A DNA stretch of 64,000 nt from an uncultured Enterobacteriaceae bacterium. Lineage in GTDB: Bacteria; Desulfobacterota; Binatia; Bin18. The notes beneath the pieces are model-generated. The model searched no databases. It saw only the letters and a program-made list of their open reading frames with translations, and had not been told where the DNA came from. The translations under genes and the position numbers were made by a program. Of this stretch, positions 39,501 through 48,336 are shown in pieces. The stretch is from the NCBI GenBank assembly GCA_964441775.1, contig CAYTVL010000005.1, forward strand, positions 63,348-127,347. The letters are read 5' to 3'. How positions within the stretch are numbered: the stretch's first letter is position 1; each line of letters begins with the position of its first letter.

Positions 39501-40871
39501 ATGAATCGCATCATTCAGGCGAGAGTACCCGAACGTCCCTTGGGGCGCGAACAGCTCCGGGATCTCCCAGCCGTGAGGATCATTCCCTACGATTATGTGG
39601 CGGACTTCAACCTCAGAGGAGAGCCGGGCAATCTCGTGCAAGATGTGATTAACATCAGCGTCGAAGGCGTGTTTGTGGCGGTTTCGATCGGCTATGGCCT
39701 CAATGAAGAGCGCGGGGAGAAGTTAAATTTGCTCTCGCGCAGCCCGACTCCCGCCACTCTGGGCGACATCACGCTCGACCACATTCCTGGGGATGTGTTG
39801 ATCGAAGGTTTTCGCATCAACCCTGAGTTTGATGCACTGGCGATAAAAGACGGCCAATTGAATAGAGAGCTTCCCTTTACGGTCGCAAAAGATATTTTTC
39901 AGCGGCTGAAACAAACTGAGAATTTTAGTTTCCTGCTCAGTATCGTCGATACCGCCAGCGGGCGAGAGCTGCAAAATGAACCGGTGCATAGCGTGGCAAC
40001 GTTGGGGCGCGCGGATGGACAGCGACCCTTCAAGATGCTGCCGCAACCGATGGTGTTCATGCCCCGCTCCACTATTCGTTTACAAATCGAAGAGCGGACC
40101 GCAGGAGTCTCAGGCCACCTCACGATTACCTTGCACGGGTACAAAATCTTGGGCGTTGCCGGACAGCTTGAAGATGCGGTTCGCACGCTTGGTGAGTTTG
40201 ATCCATTCAAGAAGATTCCCGTCTATGACCACGAGACAGGCGACTATCGCCCGATGGGTGAAGCTCTGCAGCGGGACATTCCCACAAGCAAGCTCGTGCC
40301 CTTTGATTATGTCTCCACGTTGGATCTCTTGGGCAAACCCGACACCGTGGTCGATGATGAGGTGCCGATCAATGTAGACGGCGGCTATGTGGCGACAGCA
40401 CTCGGTTATAGCCTCGATGTCGGCGATACGCGGCTGCAAATTGGACTCGCAAACGCAACACAGCCGGAAGTAGATCTGCGAGCCATCACCTTGAAAGACA
40501 TCGCCCCCGCGCAGGCGCTGCTCGACGGCGTTCGGATTCACCCGCTGCGGGTGCGCTTTGCCTTCGCTAGCGATGGTCGCCTGACGCGCGTACCACAAGA
40601 AATGCTGGGTCGCCTGTTTCAAAGTATGAATCTTCCCGAGTCGGTGCGGTTCACTTATGCAATCGCTGACGCCGGCACGGGGCGCGATTTGCAGAATCGA
40701 CCGATCTTCAACGTTGCCGGGTTGGGGATTGCCGATGGCGACCGTCCGTTCCGAATCCTGCATAAGCCGATGATGTTTCTGCCTCGTTCCACCATTCGCG
40801 TGCAGGTGCGCGAGGTGTTTGGCCGTGGGCGACTCTTTGTCGTCTTTCAAGGCTATAAGATTTTGCGATGA
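39501..40871 (+). CDS. Putative jelly-roll protein, family B, with two tandem domains
   Basis: Both halves carry P[YF]DYV...GR[ED]LQN.P...LG.ADG.RPF...PM.F.PRSTIR.Q...GYKIL. Confidence 0.6.
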   Translation: MNRIIQARVPERPLGREQLRDLPAVRIIPYDYVADFNLRGEPGNLVQDVINISVEGVFVAVSIGYGLNEERGEKLNLLSRSPTPATLGDITLDHIPGDVLIEGFRINPEFDALAIKDGQLNRELPFTVAKDIFQRLKQTENFSFLLSIVDTASGRELQNEPVHSVATLGRADGQRPFKMLPQPMVFMPRSTIRLQIEERTAGVSGHLTITLHGYKILGVAGQLEDAVRTLGEFDPFKKIPVYDHETGDYRPMGEALQRDIPTSKLVPFDYVSTLDLLGKPDTVVDDEVPINVDGGYVATALGYSLDVGDTRLQIGLANATQPEVDLRAITLKDIAPAQALLDGVRIHPLRVRFAFASDGRLTRVPQEMLGRLFQSMNLPESVRFTYAIADAGTGRDLQNRPIFNVAGLGIADGDRPFRILHKPMMFLPRSTIRVQVREVFGRGRLFVVFQGYKILR

Positions 40872-40901
40872 CAGCACAGCCTGTGAGGAAATGGTGAAAT
40901 C

Positions 40902-42242
40902 ATGAGTAGCGTCATGTACCCGAAGACGGTGAGCTATCAAACGCCCCGCCCTGCGCCACGGCCGCCGCTTCCGCAAACCAAAACCATACCATTTGATTAT
41001 GTTTTCCAGTTTTCGTTGAAAGGCGAGCGTAACAATCAAGTGCAGGACGTTGTGCAGATCAGTATGGAAGGCGTCTTCGTCGCGTTGTCGGTAGGCTATA
41101 GCGTCGCACTCGATGAGCAAACGCAATCGCGGACGTTCCAGCCAGTGATTGACCAACGAACGACGCCGCCAAATCCGGTCCTTGTTCCCTTCTTTCCTTC
41201 AACTTTCCCAACCGATCAATTTAACGGTTTTCTTGTGGCTGGGATGCCAGAGACCGAGATTGCCATCTTGGACCCTACTCAAGCCCCGTCTGATATTATC
41301 CTCCGTACTAAAGCTCCCTCCGGCACAGTCCAGAGCACGAGTAGGATCGGATCCGACGGGACCGTAGAGATCAATCTCGAAAAGTCCGTCGGCTTAGGAA
41401 GTCTCCTCCGTATTTGGGATAGGAGCAACAATCTTCTCAGCCAAGTGTTTGAAGTGAATTTTCCCCTGACGACTCCAGGGATTGGACCTGATCATGTGAC
41501 GAAAAGATTACCTTTAGCAGGTACGACCACTGTCGATGTCTATGGTCTTCCGGGCAACACGGTCAGCATCTTTCTCTTGAAGAGCACAGCCGACAGCGTC
41601 AGTCGAGTAAAGAGGAAAGTGAAGAACCCGGATGGCAGCGTCACCGAGTTTGACGATTTCATTCTTGAAGAAGATACGACCTCGTTCGGTCGGCGGACAG
41701 GCAGAGCACCTGTGACGCTAGATCAGCCGCTTGCTCCCGGGGACGTGCTCCTGGTACGGACGGAACAGGAGGGCACGGATCCCTTCAGTATGTTCACGGT
41801 CCCGCGTCCGCGCCTATCCTCGCTTTCGCTCGGCGCGGTGACGGCGGGGCTCGAACAAATTGGCGCGGATTTAACCAGTGGATTTCGCCTCAATCCCAAC
41901 TTCGCAGCCCGCGCCACGGCTGATCTACCACTGGATCAACAAACGGCAGGACTCGACGGCGCATTTGAAACCGGAACGGTCGCCGCCGAAGAAGTAAGTT
42001 TTCTCTACAGCATTGATGTGGTGAGCACGGGCCGCGAATTACAGAACAAAGCTATTCACAATATCGCGGGGCTTGGCATTGCCAATGGCGATCGGCCATT
42101 CCGTCCGTTCGCCAAACCGATGTTGTTTGAGCCACGCTCGTCTATTCGTATCCAAATCACTGAACTCTCCGGCCCGCCGGGTACATTATTCATCGTGCTC
42201 CAGGGCTACAAAATACTTGGCACCGGACGACTTCCTGGGTAG
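40902..42242 (+). CDS. Putative jelly-roll protein, family B, single domain split by an insert of about 220 aa (two Ig-like repeats)
   Basis: IPFDYVFQF...GVFVALSVGY at the N-terminus and GRELQN...GDRPF...PRSSIRIQ...GYKILG at the C-terminus. Confidence 0.58.
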   Translation: MSSVMYPKTVSYQTPRPAPRPPLPQTKTIPFDYVFQFSLKGERNNQVQDVVQISMEGVFVALSVGYSVALDEQTQSRTFQPVIDQRTTPPNPVLVPFFPSTFPTDQFNGFLVAGMPETEIAILDPTQAPSDIILRTKAPSGTVQSTSRIGSDGTVEINLEKSVGLGSLLRIWDRSNNLLSQVFEVNFPLTTPGIGPDHVTKRLPLAGTTTVDVYGLPGNTVSIFLLKSTADSVSRVKRKVKNPDGSVTEFDDFILEEDTTSFGRRTGRAPVTLDQPLAPGDVLLVRTEQEGTDPFSMFTVPRPRLSSLSLGAVTAGLEQIGADLTSGFRLNPNFAARATADLPLDQQTAGLDGAFETGTVAAEEVSFLYSIDVVSTGRELQNKAIHNIAGLGIANGDRPFRPFAKPMLFEPRSSIRIQITELSGPPGTLFIVLQGYKILGTGRLPG

Positions 42243-42248
42243 GTGGTT

Positions 42249-42776
42249 ATGACCAAAGCGCTCACCGACAATTGTTGTAAAATCTGCGGCATTCCGCTTG
42301 ACGCCGAATACTTTGACGTCAGTGGGTTCGTAGGAGGCGGCGTGGCTGTAGATCAATTTAGGAATTTTGATCTGCAATTTCCTCCTCCACTCCCACGCCG
42401 AGGCGAACAAGTGGTGCTCGCAAGTTTTCAACTCCATGCACAATATTGCGGCGTCCTCACCTACTTCTCGCAGTACACGGACCTCTACGTGCGGGACAAC
42501 ACATTGATTCTCACTCCAGGTTTTGAATGGAGCATCCTGCAAAACGGCAAGCCAATGTTTCCCTACACACGCTTGGAAACGATCGTAAACCCCTGGGGCT
42601 ACAACTGCTTGCCAGTCCTCGTGCGACTCGACGAGAACGCGCGCGTTGAATTCGTCTTGAGAAATCGCACTGTCAGTGATTCTCAACTGAACGACTATCC
42701 GATCCGTGCTTTTGCCGGGCGGATCATGGGTCGCTACTGGTACAACGACAGCTTTGGAGGACGAGTGAGGTCATGA
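42249..42776 (+). CDS. Small beta-rich protein, possibly penton/minor capsid-like
   Basis: Alternating hydrophobic strands ending FAGRIMGRYW. Coupled to the neighbouring genes. Confidence 0.45.
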   Translation: MTKALTDNCCKICGIPLDAEYFDVSGFVGGGVAVDQFRNFDLQFPPPLPRRGEQVVLASFQLHAQYCGVLTYFSQYTDLYVRDNTLILTPGFEWSILQNGKPMFPYTRLETIVNPWGYNCLPVLVRLDENARVEFVLRNRTVSDSQLNDYPIRAFAGRIMGRYWYNDSFGGRVRS

Positions 42777-43471
42777 AGCGAATGATCAGAACAGGAGCTG
42801 GACGTCTCTTGCGGGTGCGCCCTGTGCGAGTGTATCCAGTACTCCAATCATACGTGATACAGTCTCCTTTCCCTTCTTATGCGGACATGGCGCCGCCGCG
42901 CACAGGAGACGAGTCCAATGCTTCAAGCAAACCCGCATCCGCGAACACGGAGGAGCCCCCGCCTCAGTCGCAACCGCAGCCAATTCCCAATGGCCAAGCC
43001 TATCGCGTTACTTCACCGTCGGAAGTCAGTCTGGTCACTCCGCAACTCTCACAGACTGTGAGTCAGATTCTAGAGCAGTTTGCCCGGGCGAACGGATTCA
43101 ACGCTAAGCGACCACTGGAGGTCGCCTTCGGTCGCGGCACACTCGGATTGCATCGTTTCCAGCGTGCGGTGGACATCTACGCTGTCGGCGACAAAGGGAT
43201 CGGCGAGTGGGCGCAGACATGGAATGCCGCCATGCGTCAAGCGAACAATGCACCCAATCCGCAGGAGCGCGCCGGCATAGTGACCGGGGAGAAAGCGCGT
43301 AATCTTGGCTACAAACTCTACATCGCTTTACAGAGGTCCGGCGGCTGGGCGCAGCCGCAAGGATATCCCGTGCAGTTGTTCGGGCCGTGGACACGCAGTG
43401 AGGGGCCACACAAGGCCATCTCAGACCGATTGTTACAGGCACATCGCGACCATATTCACGTCGCCAAGTAG
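42773..43471 (+). CDS. Putative peptidase M15-like (LAS) metallopeptidase domain protein
   Basis: H-x6-D (LHRFQRAVDI) and C-terminal HRDHIHV. Pro-rich N-terminus, no signal peptide. Confidence 0.6.
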   Translation: MKRMIRTGAGRLLRVRPVRVYPVLQSYVIQSPFPSYADMAPPRTGDESNASSKPASANTEEPPPQSQPQPIPNGQAYRVTSPSEVSLVTPQLSQTVSQILEQFARANGFNAKRPLEVAFGRGTLGLHRFQRAVDIYAVGDKGIGEWAQTWNAAMRQANNAPNPQERAGIVTGEKARNLGYKLYIALQRSGGWAQPQGYPVQLFGPWTRSEGPHKAISDRLLQAHRDHIHVAK

Positions 43472-43489
43472 GCGGCAAAGGAGACGACC

Positions 43490-44131
43490 ATGCGCAACCT
43501 GTACTCGTCTACACTGTATCGCTTCCCATTGTTCGTGAGAGGGAGCACGCAAGGACGGCTTGGGCAATCCGAGCTGACGCCTCGATTCCGTCAACATGGT
43601 GATTTCGTGATTAGAGAATACGAGTGGTGTCCTGAACTACGCAAGATTCGCAGTGATACCTGTGTGGCGTACCAACCAGGAGAGATTGCCACCTCGCGCA
43701 CGGCGGCGGGGCACGTCGCACCCGACGTTGTCTTAGTACCGCCCGGGCCGCTTGGGCCAGCCGTCAAGACCTTATGCCAATACTTAATCATCCGTGATTT
43801 CGGCGTGGATTGGCGTCATGTCAAGCTCGCTACCAAAAGTGAGCCGTTTTTCAAGACTATGTTGACGCAATTCGAAACGAACACGTCGCTGCTCTTCCGG
43901 ATTGTGGGCTACAGTGATTGTGTGGGTTTTGAAAAAAACAATCTTCCGTTGCGGAAAGGCAGGGCCCGCAACGTCTTTCGCCTTCTCGGACCAAGCGCAC
44001 GCTCTCGTGTGATGGCCGTGACCGCGGCCCCACCGAACACGTTTTTGACCGACAATTCGACGATTGCCGCACGGGCCAATAACCGCGCGGTTGTGATCGA
44101 ATTCTTCATGAATCCGCCTCAGACGACGTAG
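43490..44131 (+). CDS. OmpA-like C-terminal (peptidoglycan-binding) domain protein
   Basis: IVGYSDCVG..NN..L...RARNV...DNST...RANNRAVVI. Confidence 0.8.
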   Translation: MRNLYSSTLYRFPLFVRGSTQGRLGQSELTPRFRQHGDFVIREYEWCPELRKIRSDTCVAYQPGEIATSRTAAGHVAPDVVLVPPGPLGPAVKTLCQYLIIRDFGVDWRHVKLATKSEPFFKTMLTQFETNTSLLFRIVGYSDCVGFEKNNLPLRKGRARNVFRLLGPSARSRVMAVTAAPPNTFLTDNSTIAARANNRAVVIEFFMNPPQTT

Positions 44132-44160
44132 GAAGTCAGGAGGCTAGGAGGAGAACCCAC

Positions 44161-45120
44161 ATGTATATCCAGGAAAGCGAAGAGTCAGGGCAACACACGA
44201 CAGCGAGGAACGGAAAGGAACGTGAGAGGTGGCCCTTGGGTGAGCCGTCTCTCACACCTCGAACGTGTAACAACCGCCGCATCCCTCCAAGAGACACCAT
44301 CAGGCCATTCACCTCGAACAAGGTCTTTGGACAATGCGTCAAACGCGGCGTTTTTGGCGTGACCAATCCCGCTGACGTCATTTCAAGAGCGGTCGCCCGC
44401 GCCCTAGAGATGCTCGATAACACGATCGATGAACTGGTGAAGGCGAGGACAGCGGTCTGCGCAGGGAACGCACCGGCGTGGCCCCTCCTCGGTGATATTA
44501 CCGCGGACTGGCTGAAGAACCGGTTGGGGGTCTGTATCGATGACATCCGCGTATGGACGGCTGGGACTTTCGTGAATAGGTCAGTAGCGGAAGTCATCCG
44601 CAGATTGATGCGAGTTCGCAATCTGATCGCGAGCAACGGCATCACGTATGTTTGTCACGGTCCCCTCTGCACTTCCGGCGACTGGGCCTATGTGCTCATC
44701 GATCCTGCCTGCCAGAGCAATGATCCACCGATTATCCGTCTTTGTCGAGATTTTTGGATTCCCGCTGTGCGCGCCGACGGAACACCCGTCCCTTCAGCGG
44801 ACCACGCGGAGTTTCAAGCCCAGACTATTATTCATGAAGCCTCACACCTCTACCACTGTACGAGTGACGCGCGGGGCTCAACCATCGGCGTGGCCGAATG
44901 CTTGGCCCAGTTCGTCGCCGCAACGAACGGGAGTCCGATCGACCCCAATTTTGCTACGAGATGCGCCGTGACCACCCGGTGCGCTCCCGCAGCCGGAGCT
45001 GGACCGGCGGGGGTTTCTGGCTTCGCTCTTGCAAGCCTTGGCGCCACCCGTATCCTCAGAACGCGCTTCCGTCCGCAGGATGCGATCCGGCTCAAAGGAC
45101 GACCAGCCATGCGTGGTTGA
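44161..45120 (+). CDS. M35-like (Lys-specific/aspzincin) HExxH metallopeptidase
   Basis: WAYV...IRLCRDFW...TIIHEASHL...D. Confidence 0.72.
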   Translation: MYIQESEESGQHTTARNGKERERWPLGEPSLTPRTCNNRRIPPRDTIRPFTSNKVFGQCVKRGVFGVTNPADVISRAVARALEMLDNTIDELVKARTAVCAGNAPAWPLLGDITADWLKNRLGVCIDDIRVWTAGTFVNRSVAEVIRRLMRVRNLIASNGITYVCHGPLCTSGDWAYVLIDPACQSNDPPIIRLCRDFWIPAVRADGTPVPSADHAEFQAQTIIHEASHLYHCTSDARGSTIGVAECLAQFVAATNGSPIDPNFATRCAVTTRCAPAAGAGPAGVSGFALASLGATRILRTRFRPQDAIRLKGRPAMRG

Positions 45121-45171
45121 AGAGGAGGGTCTCAACGAGTGACATTTTTCCTCAGCAGGAGGAGGGCCGAC

Positions 45172-46008
45172 ATGTACGTGCGTCTACACGAAGAACTTGG
45201 ACTGGGGTTTGGGAAGCCTCCAGGTCCGAGGTCGCAACTACCGGCGTTACGAAAAAAATTTATTAGCAGTGTTGTTACCTACAAGGATAGTGACGGCCAA
45301 TGTCGATCGACCGATTGCGCGATCTATGTTCCAGAGGTGCTGCGCAACCAGTCGAAGATCAATGTCGTGATCTTCTTCCACGGCCTTGATACCTGCAAAC
45401 CGAAGCACAATTTTGACTCGGTACAAGTCATGAAGAACTTTCGGCTGGACGACCAAGTGGACGCGGCCCCACGCAAAGCAGCGTTGGCTGTGCCGGTTAT
45501 CCTTTGGAAGAAAGAAGATAGAAGCTCCGGCATTATTCGAGCAGCCTGGTCGGCTGCTTATGTGAACGCTTTTGTGGAAGAGGTGCTGCAGCAAATCGGC
45601 CAGTCGTCCCGTGTGCGCCCCAGCCTCGGGCGTCTCATCTTAGCGGGACATTCAGCCGCTTACGACGTTTTGACCCCCCTGGCTGAGCAGTTTGATTGCG
45701 GCGTCGAAGAAACCAGGAAGGGGGCTCTGGCCAAGCTCGATCGAGTGCTGGCCCTGGACACCACCTATCGTCTCCAAGATGCAAAGGCCCTCGAACAATG
45801 GGCGCGCAAACTCGAATCGACCAGACCAGACGTGCAGTTCTGGCTGACGCTGAGTAAGTCGGGCGATCCGCCTAACGTGTGGAAATATTGGGAAAATACG
45901 AGGAAAAAGACGATGGGCAAGGTGGAGCTTCCTGGGAATCTCATGATTAACAACATGCCGGAGGAACATTGTGACCTCCCTGGGAAATATGTCGGCCCCT
46001 ACATTTGA
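45172..46008 (+). CDS. Alpha/beta-hydrolase-like protein
   Basis: VVIFFHG, nucleophile elbow LAGHSAA, ALDTTY, late His (EEHCDLP). Confidence 0.55.
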   Translation: MYVRLHEELGLGFGKPPGPRSQLPALRKKFISSVVTYKDSDGQCRSTDCAIYVPEVLRNQSKINVVIFFHGLDTCKPKHNFDSVQVMKNFRLDDQVDAAPRKAALAVPVILWKKEDRSSGIIRAAWSAAYVNAFVEEVLQQIGQSSRVRPSLGRLILAGHSAAYDVLTPLAEQFDCGVEETRKGALAKLDRVLALDTTYRLQDAKALEQWARKLESTRPDVQFWLTLSKSGDPPNVWKYWENTRKKTMGKVELPGNLMINNMPEEHCDLPGKYVGPYI

Positions 46009-46143
46009 AGCAAAAGCGAATGGAGTCGGAGGAAAGGCGCGCTGAAGCCTCACGGGGGATGATGGAGGATAGAAACATATTCACCTTGAACAAAACAAGT
46101 TGTTTTACGCAACAATAATACGCTGCGTTACGAGAGGAATACT

Positions 46144-46635
46144 ATGGCTACCATTTCTATCACCTCAAACGACGGCGCCCTTAATTCTGCATCTGCTGTC
46201 CTAGAAGTCGCCGCGACAAACCCCGAATACAATCAACCCGCGTTGCGCATCAAACAAGCAGGGAAACACGGGGGCGCAGCCTCGATCAGGATCGATGACC
46301 CGAATCCCGACATCGAGTTGATCGAGACCGATCAAGTGGCTCCGGCAGGAAAGTATGAGATCGCCGTGCAGTCAGACAAGCTCCAAATTAATGGCCGCAA
46401 CGCCACTGATACCGCCTTTGAAACTCTTGTTGTGTTTCAGCGGCGAGCAGCAGGCGGCAATATCGGAATCCGCACGACGAGCCAGTTTGGAGGAGGTCAG
46501 GGAGTGATCGCGATTGCCAATGCTACTGTTGCGCCATCGGTGAATCCCTCTGGCGGTGGGATTTTGTACGTTGAGGATGGAGCGCTCAAGTACCGAGGAG
46601 CAAATGGCACGGTGACAGTGATTGCGCCAGCCTAG
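46144..46635 (+). CDS. Hypothetical beta-rich protein resembling phage fibre/spike modules
   Basis: GNIGIRTTSQFGGGQGVIAIAN...PSGGGILYVEDGALKYRGANGTVTVIAPA. GAGG RBS. Confidence 0.5.
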   Translation: MATISITSNDGALNSASAVLEVAATNPEYNQPALRIKQAGKHGGAASIRIDDPNPDIELIETDQVAPAGKYEIAVQSDKLQINGRNATDTAFETLVVFQRRAAGGNIGIRTTSQFGGGQGVIAIANATVAPSVNPSGGGILYVEDGALKYRGANGTVTVIAPA

Positions 46636-46666
46636 ACCGAAGTCTGCATGAGGGAGGAAACAAATA

Positions 46667-48250
46667 ATGAGCAAAGAAACACAACCCTCTCGTCAAAATG
46701 TCGCTTCTTGTGAACCAGAGAACCTTCCCTTTCTCTGGCCGCTCGGCAAGACCTCAACACCAGATGAGATGAATACGTCCTACGGTCCGCGTATCGACGC
46801 AGATCGCTGGGACTTTCATGACGGCATCGATCTGCCTGCTGCCGTCGGCACGCCGGTCCATGCTATGGCGACGGGCACGGTGCATCGGGCTGGGCCAGCG
46901 GATAAAACCAGGCAGGGGCAAGGTTTCGGTTCAACACACATCCTGCTCCAGATCGTCGATCCAACCGATGGTAAGGATGACTTGTTTCTCGTTTATATCC
47001 ATCTCGACAGCATCGCCGAAGGTGTGATTCCCGGCGCCCATGTAGAGCAGGGTGACGTGCTCGGCGCTGTGGGGCAGGAAGACGCGGAGTATCCGCATCT
47101 CCATTTCGAGTTCAGAAAAGGCAGTCCGAAAGAAGAGAACAGTGTGCACCCGCTGCACTATCTACCCTACATCAACACTGCGAACATCGCGCAGCTCCGT
47201 TTGGATCGCTGTAATTTCTCTGGTGCGCATGGCGAGAAACGCGCAGTAAGGCTTCGCTATGATGTTGCGAATCGGAGAGAAGGCGATGTCCAAGGCGTTG
47301 ATGTAGAGTTGAAGGGCAACGGCGTCGCGCCCCGGCAGCTTCATGTCAACTTTGATGACCGGAAGACCATTGTGAGCGACAAAGGAGACGAACACGAATT
47401 TAACGAGAGCGGAGTTGCCGTGGAAGGTTACCAAAAATCCAATCTCAAGGGTGACGGTTTGTCTGATCTCCACTATGGCGCGATCATCAAGGATATTACG
47501 CCGGAGTTCACGCGCGCGCGGCTCCAGGTCCTGGATGCGAGCAATGGACAGCCGACCATCGCTGAGTTCCCGCTGCCGACACTTGCCGCTAACAAACAGC
47601 CGGTGAACAGTCGCGTAGGTTTTGAGGGTTCCACATTTCCACCAACAGGCTGGGCCTTGCGTCTTCTGTCAGGTAATGTGTGCCAACCAGCTGAAGTTGC
47701 CGCGCTTGCCGGTGTACGCGGCCTGCTCTGTCAGGATCTGCAGAGTCCGCAAGGAGCACTGATCCGTGCCGGGCTCCGCTTCGCTCTGCCTGTTGATCGC
47801 TTGCCTGTCCTCCCTATGTCATGGCGACTGAGGGCAGAGATCCAGCCCGTGGAATTACAGATGAGCAAAGGCCAAGTGATTCATCCGTTAGCGTTCTTGA
47901 ACGGTGACGAGGTGGTGGCCGCCGCTTGCCTGCGGAAAACCAGAGACGACGAGTACATCGCCGGCGTCTTGATTCGCAGCGCAGATGGATTGTTCAGAGA
48001 AAGAATCGATGTGGACGAAGGGGAAATTTTCAGGGACGCCCCGGTCAAGTGGGAACTGGAGTTGCTCAGAATCGGGACCAGGCAAACGACTGCCGTGGTG
48101 CGACTGAACGACAACGTGATCGCTCGCATCAATGGCGACACCACCAGCGTCGAGCCCGACGCCGCGTGCGTAGGCATTTTGCATCGACAGAGCGGGTTAC
48201 AGATCACGCTGCACGTGGATCAATTATTCTTGACGGAAGCGCTGCGATAA
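46667..48250 (+). CDS. M23 family peptidase with C-terminal beta-sandwich domains
   Basis: FHDGIDL (HxxxD), HPHL-type YPHLHFE (HxH), GTPVHAMATGTV. No signal peptide. Confidence 0.85.
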   Translation: MSKETQPSRQNVASCEPENLPFLWPLGKTSTPDEMNTSYGPRIDADRWDFHDGIDLPAAVGTPVHAMATGTVHRAGPADKTRQGQGFGSTHILLQIVDPTDGKDDLFLVYIHLDSIAEGVIPGAHVEQGDVLGAVGQEDAEYPHLHFEFRKGSPKEENSVHPLHYLPYINTANIAQLRLDRCNFSGAHGEKRAVRLRYDVANRREGDVQGVDVELKGNGVAPRQLHVNFDDRKTIVSDKGDEHEFNESGVAVEGYQKSNLKGDGLSDLHYGAIIKDITPEFTRARLQVLDASNGQPTIAEFPLPTLAANKQPVNSRVGFEGSTFPPTGWALRLLSGNVCQPAEVAALAGVRGLLCQDLQSPQGALIRAGLRFALPVDRLPVLPMSWRLRAEIQPVELQMSKGQVIHPLAFLNGDEVVAAACLRKTRDDEYIAGVLIRSADGLFRERIDVDEGEIFRDAPVKWELELLRIGTRQTTAVVRLNDNVIARINGDTTSVEPDAACVGILHRQSGLQITLHVDQLFLTEALR

Positions 48251-48336
48251 ATGGGGCCGACGGCGGATGAAGTGCAAGACAAAGAGACAAGAGTAGAGAG
48301 AAAGCCTATTGGCGCCAACTTGCGGAGGTTGACAGG

